Positions 1 to 8,052 of a stretch of 44,488 nucleotides of DNA are shown in pieces. The stretch is taken from NCBI GenBank assembly GCA_049522375.1, contig JBEKNX010000001.1, positions 1 through 44,488 of the forward strand, read 5' to 3'. The stretch is from Acidimicrobiales bacterium. Its GTDB lineage: Bacteria > Actinomycetota > Acidimicrobiia > Acidimicrobiales > Palsa-688. A model generated the notes under the pieces. It had not been told where the DNA came from and ran no database searches. It worked only from the letters and a program-made list of their open reading frames with translations. The position numbers and the translations under genes were made by a program. Each line of letters starts with the position of its first letter. The first letter of the stretch is position 1.

Positions 1-16
1 TACTACCATTGGTCGT

Positions 17-265
17 ATGACCCGCGTCAAGGTGAGCGTCACGGTCGACCCGGACGTGCTGCACGAGGTCGACAACTATGTCGGGGAGCACCAGGGGCTC
101 GACCGGAGCAAGGTGGTGGACGAGGCTCTTGCGCTGTGGCTGGCCCGTCGGCAGGACGCCGCCATGGAGGAGCAGTTCTCAGGGGAGAGCGCACCGCCCG
201 GCGAGGTGGAGGCGTGGCGCTCGGTCAGACGAGCCGCCGCCACGCAACGGCTCCAGAGACCATGA
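17..265 (+). CDS. Ribbon-helix-helix (CopG/MazE-type) antitoxin
   Basis: 82-aa ORF with an N-terminal MTRVKVSVTVDPDVL strand-helix-helix pattern. Its stop overlaps the start of the downstream PemK/MazF-like ORF in ATGA (262-265). Confidence 0.75.
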   Translation: MTRVKVSVTVDPDVLHEVDNYVGEHQGLDRSKVVDEALALWLARRQDAAMEEQFSGESAPPGEVEAWRSVRRAAATQRLQRP

Positions 266-621
266 CCTCGGGCACATCACTGAAGTCGCCTCGCCAGGGC
301 GAGCTCTGGACGGCCTACACGCCCGGCCAGCCCGACGACCCCCACCAACCGCGACCCGTGCTCGTCATTTCAGAAGACGTCCGTAACCGGCTCCGGGACG
401 ACGTCATTGTCGTGCCCGCCTTTTCGGGCGGACGTCTCGGCCCCACCCGCGTGCCTGTCCCGGCCAAATCCGGCGGCCTGCCCCACGACAGCGTGCTGTT
501 CTGCGAGGAAGTCACGACCATCGACAAGGAGCTCCTCCAGCGGGGGCCCTGGGGCCTGGCGTCGAGCCTGGCACCCTGGCGGCCGTGGTCCGAGCTATCA
601 GGCGGGCCATCGGGGAGGTAG
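262..621 (+). CDS. MazF/PemK-family endoribonuclease toxin (C-terminus probably frameshifted, see findings)
   Basis: Internal ATG of ORF 136..621. GELWTAYTPGQPDDPHQPRPVLVISEDVRN...VIVVPAFSG matches the PemK/MazF core pattern. Coupled to the upstream RHH gene. After about 546 the plausible C-terminal helix continues in another frame to a TAG at 630-632. Confidence 0.7.
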   Translation: MTSGTSLKSPRQGELWTAYTPGQPDDPHQPRPVLVISEDVRNRLRDDVIVVPAFSGGRLGPTRVPVPAKSGGLPHDSVLFCEEVTTIDKELLQRGPWGLASSLAPWRPWSELSGGPSGR

Positions 622-837
622 TGCCTTCCTAGCACCCCGCCTCCTGCGGCCCCGCGGTGGCGGCAGATGCTACCCCGGCGTCGCCGGCAAGTAGCCGACC
701 GGGCGCCTTGTTGTCGAGTAACAGCTAAGGAGCTAAATAGACAAACAGCTAAAGCACCCTACCGCAAGACCGCCGGTCACTGGGCGGCGTTGCGGTGTTC
801 AATGGCACCACGCGCTCAGTCGTGGCACACTATAGTC

Positions 838-1080
838 ATGGATGCCACGGTGGTGCTGGGCCGACAAGGCCGCCTGGTCATCCCGGCCGACGTCAGGACC
901 GCTCTCGGCCTGGCTCCCGGCGACCACCTCCACCTCCACCTGGCGGGCCGGCGCCTCGTGCTCGAACGGCAGGAGGATGCCGTGGCCGAGCTCCGGGGCC
1001 TGGCGGCGAAGGTCCCTGAGACCCGCTCGCTGGTCGACGAGCTCCTGGCCGAACGGCGCCTGGCCGCCGCCGCCGAATGA
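838..1080 (+). CDS. vapB: AbrB/SpoVT-type antitoxin (VapB-like)
   Basis: Internal ATG of ORF 667..1080. [25 protein letters not shown] is the looped-hinge-helix AbrB/MazE motif. ATGA overlap with the PIN gene at 1077. Confidence 0.75.
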   Translation: MDATVVLGRQGRLVIPADVRTALGLAPGDHLHLHLAGRRLVLERQEDAVAELRGLAAKVPETRSLVDELLAERRLAAAAE

Positions 1081-1457
1081 CGGTGCTGGACGCCTCGGCC
1101 GTCCTGGCCCTCGTGCACGACGAGCCTGGCGCCAATGTCGTAGCCAACGAGCTGAGCTCGGCCGTCCTCGGCGCCGCCAACCTGGCCGAGGTCATCGGCA
1201 AGCTGGTCGACGCCGGGGCCGACGTCAGCCGCTTACGGCAATTGCTGGCCGCCGCCGGGGTCAGGGTCGAGCCTGTCCTCGAGCGGGACGCCGAGCTGGC
1301 CGGGGCGATGCGCTCCCTTCTTGGTGGGCGGGCTCTGTCGCTCGGCGACCGTTGCTGCTTGGCCCTGACCGTGCGCAGCGAGCCCGCCGAGGTCCTGACC
1401 GCCGACCGCGCCTGGGCCGACCTCGACCTCCCCATCCGCGTCCGCCTGGTCCGCTAG
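1077..1457 (+). CDS. vapC: PIN-domain ribonuclease toxin VapC
   Basis: 126 aa. [12 protein letters not shown] with an N-terminal acidic Asp, later [10 protein letters not shown] and TADRAW acidic positions typical of PIN. Coupled to an AbrB-type antitoxin. Confidence 0.8.
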   Translation: MTVLDASAVLALVHDEPGANVVANELSSAVLGAANLAEVIGKLVDAGADVSRLRQLLAAAGVRVEPVLERDAELAGAMRSLLGGRALSLGDRCCLALTVRSEPAEVLTADRAWADLDLPIRVRLVR

Positions 1458-1472
1458 GCAGGGAGCTCACCT

Positions 1473-2654
1473 GTGCTGGAGATCCGCCCTCCTACCGAAA
1501 CCGACCGGGCCGCCATCGCCGCCTTAGGAGCGCTGGCGTTCAACATGGAGGCCAGAGCGGACCGGGTCGCCTTCGACAACCGGCGCCGGCTGTGCGCCTA
1601 CGCCGGCGAGCGGGTCGTGGCCATCGCCCACTCCATCCCCTTCGGCCAGTGGCTGGGCGCCAAACTGGTCCCGTGCGCCGGCATCGGCGCCGTGGCCGTG
1701 CTGCCGGAGTACCGGGGCCAGGGCCTCGCCCGGGCCCTGGTGGGCGAGCTCCTGGCCCGGGAACGCCAGGCCGGCGTGGCCGTGAGCGCCCTTTATCCCG
1801 CCAATTCGGAGCTGTACCGCCAGCTCGGCTATGAGTACGCCGGGCTCCACCCCGGTTTTCGCGCCCCCGTGGCGGACGTCCCCGCCGCCCGGGCCGACGT
1901 GTCGGAGATGGCCGGCGCCGACCTGGACGGGGTCATCAGCTGCTTTTCGCGCTTCGCCGCCGACCACAACGGCCCCCTACAGCCGCTCGACCGGGCCCGC
2001 TGGGAGTCCGACGTGCTGGCCCATGCCGGCGAGGGCACCCACCAACGCACCGTGGTGGTACGCGGACCGGATGGCGCCGTCGCCGGTTATGCCAGCTATT
2101 TCCTCGAAAATGCCGGCGACAACGGCTACCGGGTGGCATGCAAGCACCTGATCGCCCTCAGCGCGCCCGCCCTCACCTCGCTTCTGGGCTATTTCCGCCG
2201 CTTCGAGAACGGCGCCCGGGAAATCGCCTGGTTCGGGCCGCCCACGGGGGGCCCGGTCGCTCTGGCCCTCACCACCAACGCCTTCGCCCTCTCCCCCACC
2301 CTCAACCGGTGGATGGGCCGCATCCTGGACGTCCCCGGGGCGCTCGAGGGCCGGGGTTACCCGGCCGTGTCGGGTGAGGTCGTGGTCGAACTGCGCGACC
2401 CGCTGTTCCTGGAAAACGCCGGCCCCTGGCTCGTCCGGGCGGATGGAGGGCAGGTCACCGTCACGCCCGCTCCCCGTCCCGCGCCGGCCTCGGCCCGACC
2501 GCTACCGATAGGCATTTTCTCAGCCCTCTACACGGGTTTTGCCAGTGCCGGCGACCTCGTCATCCAGGGCGCCCTGGATGCGGCCGACGAGCGGCTGGCC
2601 CTGCTGTCGGCGCTGTTCGCCGGGAGCGTCCCCTGGATGCCCGATTTCTTCTGA
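1473..2654 (+). CDS. Eis-like GNAT N-acetyltransferase with C-terminal SCP2-like domain
   Basis: 393 aa, GTG start. The GNAT core (AVLPEYRGQGLARALVGELL, LYPANSELYRQLGYEYAG) plus a long C-terminal region is typical of the Eis/GNAT-SCP2 family. Confidence 0.7.
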   Translation: MLEIRPPTETDRAAIAALGALAFNMEARADRVAFDNRRRLCAYAGERVVAIAHSIPFGQWLGAKLVPCAGIGAVAVLPEYRGQGLARALVGELLARERQAGVAVSALYPANSELYRQLGYEYAGLHPGFRAPVADVPAARADVSEMAGADLDGVISCFSRFAADHNGPLQPLDRARWESDVLAHAGEGTHQRTVVVRGPDGAVAGYASYFLENAGDNGYRVACKHLIALSAPALTSLLGYFRRFENGAREIAWFGPPTGGPVALALTTNAFALSPTLNRWMGRILDVPGALEGRGYPAVSGEVVVELRDPLFLENAGPWLVRADGGQVTVTPAPRPAPASARPLPIGIFSALYTGFASAGDLVIQGALDAADERLALLSALFAGSVPWMPDFF

Positions 2655-2958
2655 CAAAATGAGCTGCCCGGGCCATCCCGTTCGCCAGGGCGTCGCCGAC
2701 AAACTGGGAGAGTTCTATCCGGTCCAGCGTTGGTGTTGTGGGCCCCATGAGCCCCTGGCCTCTCCCCGCAAGAGAGGGTCGAGGAAGGGACGATCCAACC
2801 GTCATCGACGAGGTGCAGGCGTTCGAGAAGCCGGTATACGCGACCTGTCGCTGGAGCTGCTGCGGTGCCCATTTCGATTCCTTGACGGCCGCATTGATCC
2901 TGTCCGTTAGGGCTCGGCGGAAGGCCGCTGGGCTCCCGTAGCGGCCTTCAGCGCTCAC
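2655..2958 (-). pseudogene. Decayed N-terminal fragment of an AbiEii/AbiGii-type nucleotidyltransferase toxin
   Basis: Frame A (from 2958) reads YGSPAAFRRALTDRINAAVKESKWAPQQLQRQVAY. The similarity then continues in a second frame (LERLHLVDDGWIV) and returns to frame A (LAGRGQGLMGPTTPTLDRIEL). That is at least two frameshifts, and only about 100 of the roughly 280 expected residues remain. No AbiEi partner is present. Lower boundary uncertain. Confidence 0.45.
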
Positions 2959-3068
2959 GCCGCTACTCCGACGGCCATCGCCTGTCCGGCCAAGGCACGG
3001 TCCTGATGAAGGCGTGCCTCATTGCAGCCGCCCTTCGCAAGTGGGTAGGACTTTGGTAGGATACTGGT

Positions 3069-3335
3069 ATGCGGACCACAGCCAAACGAAAGGTTTCCGT
3101 CACCCTCGACGACGACCTCGTGGAGGAGCTCGAGCGAGAAGACGGCTCGCTGTCGGCCACCGTCAACGCCGCCCTGCGGGCGGACCTCGACCGCAGGCGC
3201 CGGCACCGCGCCTTGGGCGAGCTGCTTGACCGCCTGGCCGCCGAGGACGGCCCCCTCGGCACGGCCGAGGACGAGGCCGAGGTCGCCCGGTTCATGCGCC
3301 TCCTCGGCGGCCCCGCCGAGGCTGATGGGCCGTGA
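3069..3335 (+). CDS. vapB: Ribbon-helix-helix antitoxin (VapB/MazE9-like)
   Basis: 88 aa. KRKVSVTLDDDLVEELERE is an RHH N-terminus. The stop overlaps the GTG start of the PIN gene (GTGA at 3332-3335). Confidence 0.75.
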   Translation: MRTTAKRKVSVTLDDDLVEELEREDGSLSATVNAALRADLDRRRRHRALGELLDRLAAEDGPLGTAEDEAEVARFMRLLGGPAEADGP

Positions 3336-3742
3336 GGCTCGTACTGGACACCGCGGCCGTGCCCGTCCTCATGGACGGTGGGCGCGACGCCCGGCTTACC
3401 GTCCGAAGGGCCATGGAGGCCGCTCATCGCCTACGCCGGGACGTCACCGTTGCCACCTTGACGCTCGCCGAGCTGTACCGCGGCGCCGGGCGCAACCAGG
3501 CGCTCGATTCCCTCCTCGCCCGGGAACACGATGCGTTCCTCCTACGCGACACCGACAGCCAACTGGCCCGCCTCGTGGGGTCGGTCCTCGCTCAGGCGTC
3601 CATGGGCTCGGCCCACATCGTCGACGCTCACGCCGTCGCCCTGGCCGTAGAAGATGGCGGCGGCGTGGTCCTAACCGCTGACCACGCAGACTTGCGGCGC
3701 TTGGCCGCCCCCTACCGGACCATCGTCATCCAAGGCATCTGA
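3332..3742 (+). CDS. vapC: PIN-domain toxin VapC
   Basis: 136 aa. MRLVLDTAAV..., IVDAHAVALAVEDGGGVVLTADHADL has PIN-type acidic residues. Coupled to an RHH antitoxin. Confidence 0.8.
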   Translation: MRLVLDTAAVPVLMDGGRDARLTVRRAMEAAHRLRRDVTVATLTLAELYRGAGRNQALDSLLAREHDAFLLRDTDSQLARLVGSVLAQASMGSAHIVDAHAVALAVEDGGGVVLTADHADLRRLAAPYRTIVIQGI

Positions 3743-3850
3743 CGGTGAAGCCCGGTCCGCCGGCGCTCGCCACGGGCCCCACCCAGGAGTAGGGGACGGT
3801 CCCGCCGCGGGCGGCCAACGCCTGGTCGTATGGCGTCCCACCATATGCCC

Positions 3851-3866
3851 TAAGGGTTCACCGCTC
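3851..3866. repeat. IS terminal inverted repeat (end nearest the transposase 3' end)
   Basis: taagggttcaccgctc pairs with the reverse complement of 5095-5110 (ttagggtccaccgctc), 14/16. Confidence 0.7.
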
Positions 3867-5066
3867 GATTGTTTGAGCGTGTGACTTTATGGTGTAGTTC
3901 CACTCCCCATGCCAGCTGTGGGCCTCGAGGGGGACGGCAGCCAGTTCCGCGTCGCTCACCTTGACGCCCTTGTCATACGTCCGGGGGTCAAGGTCTGCCC
4001 GTAACGTCAGGCTCTTTGTCTCGGTGGCCGAGATGAGCTCGACTATGGTGCGGTAGGAAACGAGGGGCCGGCCGCGCCAGTTCATGGTGATGAAGCTGAA
4101 CATCCGGTGCTCGATCTTGTTCCACTTGGAGGTCCCGGGCGGGTAGTGGCAAACCGTGATGTCCAAGCCCAGCTCTTCGGCCAACTTGGCCAGGTGCGAC
4201 TTCCAGGCCCGCAGCCGGTAACCGTTGGAGCCGCCGGCGTCGGCGGTTATGAGCAGCCGTGTGGCACCGGGGAAGCGGGGCGAGCCCATGTTGGCCCACC
4301 ACGCCCGGATGGAGTTGACGGCGAACTCGGCGGTGTCTGCGTTATCGCCGACCGAGACCCAGCCCTCATCGTTCGCCAGGTCGTAGACGCCGTAGGGCAC
4401 GGCCCGGCCCAGTTCTTGGTCGACGAAGTCGTGGACGTTGACCTCCTCGGGCTCGCCCTTGAGCTGCCATTCCCGCCCGCCGTTGGAGAACTCGCCGACT
4501 GGTTCCTTCTTTTTCGTGTCGACACTGATCGCGGGCTGGCCCTCGGCCAAGAAGTCACCGGCCATTTTGTTCAGGTAGCGGAACTGGCGGTCGCGGTCGG
4601 GGTGACGGGTGCCCTCCTTTTGCTTGGAGGGTGCCTGCAGCGAGTACCCGAGGCGCTTCAACAGCCGCCCGACGCTGTCGGCCGAGACCTTGTAGCCCTG
4701 GCGCACCAGCTCGTCGGCCAGTTTGTAGGTCGACTTGGAGGTCCAGCGCAACAACGACATCGGGTCGCCCCTGGTATCGGGATGGACCAAGGCGTCGAGG
4801 TCTTCCAATATCCCCGGCTGGGCCTCGGTTATCGGTTTCTGCCCGGCCCCTGGGGGGCGCTGGCGCTCCTGGGGCTCCATCCCGGCGACGACCTCGGCTT
4901 CGGCCTTTATCACCGTGTTGCGGCTCATGCCGGCTGCTTCGGCCACGACAGTTTTGTTGCCGAGCATCTCGGCGGCCGCACCGGCGAGCACCCGGCGCTG
5001 GCGCTCGTTCAGGTGGGGCAACACCAGCTCGAAGAACCGCGCGAGCCCTTCGGCGTTGACCTCCAC
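3858..5066 (-). CDS. ISAzo13-family (Rhodopirellula-type DDE) transposase
   Basis: 402 aa. The N-terminal MEVNAEGLARFFELVLPHLNERQRRVLAGAAA... HTH region and a C-terminal DDE region (ISVDTKKKE..., LLITADAGGSNGYR..., WNKIEHRMFSFIT) are characteristic of ISAzo13-like transposases. Confidence 0.85.
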   Translation of the reverse strand: MEVNAEGLARFFELVLPHLNERQRRVLAGAAAEMLGNKTVVAEAAGMSRNTVIKAEAEVVAGMEPQERQRPPGAGQKPITEAQPGILEDLDALVHPDTRGDPMSLLRWTSKSTYKLADELVRQGYKVSADSVGRLLKRLGYSLQAPSKQKEGTRHPDRDRQFRYLNKMAGDFLAEGQPAISVDTKKKEPVGEFSNGGREWQLKGEPEEVNVHDFVDQELGRAVPYGVYDLANDEGWVSVGDNADTAEFAVNSIRAWWANMGSPRFPGATRLLITADAGGSNGYRLRAWKSHLAKLAEELGLDITVCHYPPGTSKWNKIEHRMFSFITMNWRGRPLVSYRTIVELISATETKSLTLRADLDPRTYDKGVKVSDAELAAVPLEAHSWHGEWNYTIKSHAQTIER

Positions 5067-5094
5067 CCTACGATCATATTACGCGCGTTCTATG

Positions 5095-5110
5095 GAGCGG
5101 TGGACCCTAA
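5095..5110. repeat. IS terminal inverted repeat (end nearest the transposase 5' end)
   Basis: gagcggtggaccctaa; see the partner at 3851-3866. Followed by a short cctaagcctaagcc duplication. Confidence 0.7.
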
Positions 5111-5167
5111 GCCTAAGCCTGCCAGCGGCGCCGTTCCGCTATGCTAGCATTGCTAGCGGAGGTGACC

Positions 5168-5416
5168 GTGGTGGCTGCGGTGAGCATCCGGAACTTGGAC
5201 GACACGGTGCGAGAACGGTTGAGGGTACGGGCTGCTGCCAACGGTCGGTCGATGGAGGCAGAGATGCGCGCCATCCTTGTCGAGGCGGTGCGGGAGCCAG
5301 GCGATGATGAAAGTCTCCTCGGCGCGCTCCTGGCCCGCTTCGGTGAGCTCGGGGGCATAGACCTGGATCTTCCGTCCCGGTCGGCGCCGCCCAGAGCTGT
5401 CGATTTCATCAAGTGA
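5168..5416 (+). CDS. vapB: FitA/Arc-type RHH antitoxin (VapB-like)
   Basis: AAVSIRNLDDTVRERLRVRAAANGRSMEAEMRAIL is the FitA-like RHH pattern. GGAGG at 5158-5162 favours GTG 5168 (the ORF is open from ATG 5141). GTGA overlap with the PIN gene at 5413. Confidence 0.75.
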   Translation: MVAAVSIRNLDDTVRERLRVRAAANGRSMEAEMRAILVEAVREPGDDESLLGALLARFGELGGIDLDLPSRSAPPRAVDFIK

Positions 5417-5832
5417 TCATTGTCGACACCAACGTCGTCTCGGAGCTGATGACGGTCGAGCCCTCTGCTGCGGTACGGGCGTGGGTGTTCGCGCATAGTC
5501 GTCACGAGCTGCGGATTACGGCAATCACCATGGCTGAGGTTCTCTACGGCATCGAGCGGCTTCCCCAGGGCAAGCGGAGGACCGCACTGCGGGAGGGGGC
5601 GGTCGAGGTATTCAGCCGGTTCTCCGAGGACATCCTGCCCTTCGATGCCGCCGCAGCGACGGTCTATCCACAGATCGTCGACCATCGCGAGCGTCAGGGT
5701 GCGCCGATCAGCGGGTACGACGCGCAGATCGCCGCGATCTGCAGGGCCCACGGCGCAAGTCTGGCGACAAGAAATGGGAGGGACTTCGCCGACGTCGGCG
5801 TGGAACTCATCAACCCGTGGTCGTCCGGATAG
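5413..5832 (+). CDS. vapC: PIN-domain toxin VapC (FitB-like)
   Basis: 139 aa. MIIVDTNVVSELM..., ITAITMAEVLYGIERLP, DAQIAAICRAHGASLATRNGRDF is a typical VapC/FitB pattern. Confidence 0.85.
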   Translation: MIIVDTNVVSELMTVEPSAAVRAWVFAHSRHELRITAITMAEVLYGIERLPQGKRRTALREGAVEVFSRFSEDILPFDAAAATVYPQIVDHRERQGAPISGYDAQIAAICRAHGASLATRNGRDFADVGVELINPWSSG

Positions 5833-5928
5833 CCACGATACATCCCCCGCCGTCGAGCCCCAGGACCGGTTTCGCTCAGTCCTGACAGTTCGCTCAGTGC
5901 GAGTACCCGCCAAGTGCCGGCAAATCCC

Positions 5929-5958
5929 TTGACAAGCGAACGTATATTCGAGTATCAT
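5929..5958 (+). promoter_or_regulatory. Near-consensus housekeeping-sigma promoter (TTGACA-N18-TATCAT)
   Basis: TTGACA at 5929-5934 and TATCAT at 5953-5958, in a locally AT-richer patch about 110 nt upstream of the DUF222/HNH gene start. Confidence 0.5.
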
Positions 5959-6070
5959 TATGAGATAGCAGGAGCCTAGGGGCCGGGCGTGACGGCCCCC
6001 TCCAACTGACGGTGGTAGCAGTGCCCGCCTTGGGCGCGCCCTGCTCGTTGAAGCCCGAGAGGGAGGTGCC

Positions 6071-7219
6071 GTGGTCCCGCGCGTCCTCGCCGTTGCTGAA
6101 GAACTCTGTAAAGAAATCGCGGGTTTTGACCCCTCCCTCTACTCCGGTACTGATTGCGCGCTGCTGGCTGAGGCCTTGTCCAGGACGGAGAAGGCGTGCT
6201 CGGGTGCCCGCACCCGGGCGGCGGCCCGAGCCGTCGCGTGCGGTGCCCACAAGGAGCGTGGCTTTGCCGACGGGGCCGACTGGCTGGCCAAAAAGACGGG
6301 TACGTCGCGGGCCGAAGCCCGCACTGACCTGGAAACGGCTGGTTCCCTCGGCAATATGCCCGCAACTGCCGACGCCCTGTCCAGGGGAGAGGTCTCCTGG
6401 AAAGAAGCGGCCGAAGTGGCCCGGGGCGAAGCAGCCAGCCCTGGCAGCGAAGAAGAGCTCGTCGAGCTGGCCAAGACCTCGGGCCTGGGGGCGGTAAAAG
6501 ACGAGGTGCGCAAACGTACCCTGGAGGCGCAACGAGCCGAGGAGCTGGCCACCCGCCAGCACCGCGCCCGCTACTTCCGTCACTGGCGCGATGAGCTGGG
6601 CATGGTGCGCTTTTCCGGAGCTCTCCCGCCCACGGTGGGCATAGACATCGCCAACCGGGTCGAGGCCGAGGCGGGCCGCCTCCGCCGGGCCGCCGGGCCC
6701 GAGGGCCGGGAGGTGAGCTTCGAGGCCCACACCGCCGACGCCCTGGTCAAGATGCTCCAGGGCCAGGGCAAAGGCCCGAGCGCCCGGGCCGACCTGGTGG
6801 TGGTGGTCGACCTGGCCGCTTACCGCCGAGGCCATGCCCACGCCGGCGAGACCTGCCACATCGTGGGCGGCGGTCCCGTAACTGTTGGCTTCGCCCGGGA
6901 CACCGCCGACGATGCCTTCATAAAAGCGCTCACCCACGACGGTGTGCGCATCGAGACCGTGGCCCATTTCGGCCGCCACATACCGGCCGAGCTGCGCACC
7001 GCCCTCGAGCTGGGCGAGCCCCCCGGCTTTGACGGCGTGAGCTGCACCGAGCCCGGATGCAACCGCCGCTACGGCCTGGAATGGGACCACGTCGACCCCG
7101 TCGCCCACCACGGGCCGACCTCATATGACAACCTCCGCCCCCGATGTAAATTATGCCATTGGCAGAAAACCGAGCGGGACCGCCAGGCCGGCCTATTTGA
7201 GGCGACACAGCCACCGTGA
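6071..7219 (+). CDS. DUF222 / HNH endonuclease (13E12-repeat-family-like)
   Basis: 382 aa. GTG start preceded by GGAGG. Has the DUF222-type N-terminal region and a C-terminal HNH signature (GLEWDHVDPVAHHGPTSYDNLRPRCKLCHWQKT). Confidence 0.85.
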   Translation: MVPRVLAVAEELCKEIAGFDPSLYSGTDCALLAEALSRTEKACSGARTRAAARAVACGAHKERGFADGADWLAKKTGTSRAEARTDLETAGSLGNMPATADALSRGEVSWKEAAEVARGEAASPGSEEELVELAKTSGLGAVKDEVRKRTLEAQRAEELATRQHRARYFRHWRDELGMVRFSGALPPTVGIDIANRVEAEAGRLRRAAGPEGREVSFEAHTADALVKMLQGQGKGPSARADLVVVVDLAAYRRGHAHAGETCHIVGGGPVTVGFARDTADDAFIKALTHDGVRIETVAHFGRHIPAELRTALELGEPPGFDGVSCTEPGCNRRYGLEWDHVDPVAHHGPTSYDNLRPRCKLCHWQKTERDRQAGLFEATQPP

Positions 7220-7307
7220 CGAGGTGGCGGCCGCACGGGCCGCATAGGCCGCACGGACCGTCTTCGCCCGGTTGCCTCGACACGAGGTGGCGGCCGCACC
7301 GGCCGCA
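7219..7307. repeat. 26-bp direct repeat pair just downstream of the HNH gene
   Basis: acgaggtggcggccgcacgggccgca (7219-7244) and acgaggtggcggccgcaccggccgca (7282-7307), 25/26 identical. Each contains the gcggccgc palindrome. A third partial copy (acgaggtgg) lies at 7381-7389. Confidence 0.8.
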
Positions 7308-7581
7308 CAGGGCCGCTGGACGGTGCGGCTGACCACCGAGCTCTCAAAGGTTGCGCAAAATTCAAGGTCCCACGCCAACTACGAGGTGGTGGTGCTGGAG
7401 TGCTCGTTTAAGTTTGCCGGCTCGTGAAGCGTGAACCCCTGGCGGGCTTCCGTGCGAGCTCTTCTACGGCTCGTAGTACAACGCGAGTTCTGCCAAAGTC
7501 AGGGGGGCGGGTTGGACCGTAGCTTCGGGGTAACTCCCCCTGAGGATCCGTGTGAGGTTTCGCTCTGTCATAGAGCGCCGC

Positions 7582-8052
7582 CTAATAGCCCTCTGTTAAG
7601 CCGGCCGGGGCGAGCGCGGCGGCCCCCTCGTCGTCGGACATGATCTCGCTTATGGGTGACACCTTTCTCGACTCGACGTCCTCGGGGTCGGTAGAAAGCA
7701 GCAGTCGCACAACCTCGCCGACGTCCCATCGCTCCAGCAGGTCCTCCCAGAAGTCAAACCAGACAGCCGCTCCACCATCATCGGAACCACGGAGCAACTC
7801 GAGGCGCTGCCTCATTTTTTGGCGGGCCGCACCGGGTTCCCGGATGACGTTGAAGGCGGCGGCACGAGACATCTCGCTATTGAGCAATACGTCCGGGCTG
7901 ATGTGAAGCTTCGACTTGACGGCCTCCCGGCCCCGGACGGCGTTCAACAGGCGGGCGGGGTCATCTCGGGCGACGGCGACCTCACGCCCGACTCGATGGC
8001 TGCGATATTCGACCGGGCCACACCGGAAGGCAACGAAGAGGCTCAAACCCAC
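7582..8052 (-). CDS. Hypothetical protein, no family recognised
   Basis: 156-aa ORF co-directional with and downstream of helD, in a locally lower-GC segment. It has an acidic C-terminal half (WFDFWEDLLERWDVGEVVRLLLSTDPEDVES). The true start may be an internal Met. Coding status is plausible but unproven. Confidence 0.4.
   Translation of the reverse strand: MGLSLFVAFRCGPVEYRSHRVGREVAVARDDPARLLNAVRGREAVKSKLHISPDVLLNSEMSRAAAFNVIREPGAARQKMRQRLELLRGSDDGGAAVWFDFWEDLLERWDVGEVVRLLLSTDPEDVESRKVSPISEIMSDDEGAAALAPAGLTEGY

Larger units (their letters stand above)
3851..5110 (-). mobile_element. ISAzo13-family insertion sequence, apparently intact (about 1.26 kb)
   Basis: A single 402-aa DDE transposase ORF is bounded by imperfect terminal inverted repeats: taagggttcaccgctc (3851-3866) and gagcggtggaccctaa (5095-5110), 14 of 16 complementary. 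The transposase stop codon lies inside the left repeat. Confidence 0.8.

Noticed and set aside
831-836. TATAGT hexamer just before the vapB-like ATG (838), considered as a leaderless promoter.
   Set aside because: The hexamer ends only 1 nt before the ATG, whereas a leaderless arrangement needs about 6-8 nt. No convincing -35 was seen.
5894-7111. 405-aa minus-strand ORF antisense to the DUF222/HNH gene. The same type occurs at 4107-5147, 842-1834, 10396-11547, 13526-15169, 14901-16319, 16479-17843, 16541-17971, 22198-23301, 23302-24285 and 42992-44305.
   Set aside because: These are Arg/Gly/Pro/Ala-rich shadow ORFs, as expected on the opposite strand or in off-frames of high-GC genes. Each overlaps a gene with clear family signatures, and none shows recognisable motifs.
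7464-7571. 35-codon ORF after the 156-aa hypothetical, considered as the N-terminus of a RES-type or other toxin.
   Set aside because: It is too short, no motif was recognised, and read-through frames after its TAG do not look protein-like. It is reported only as context for the orphan region.
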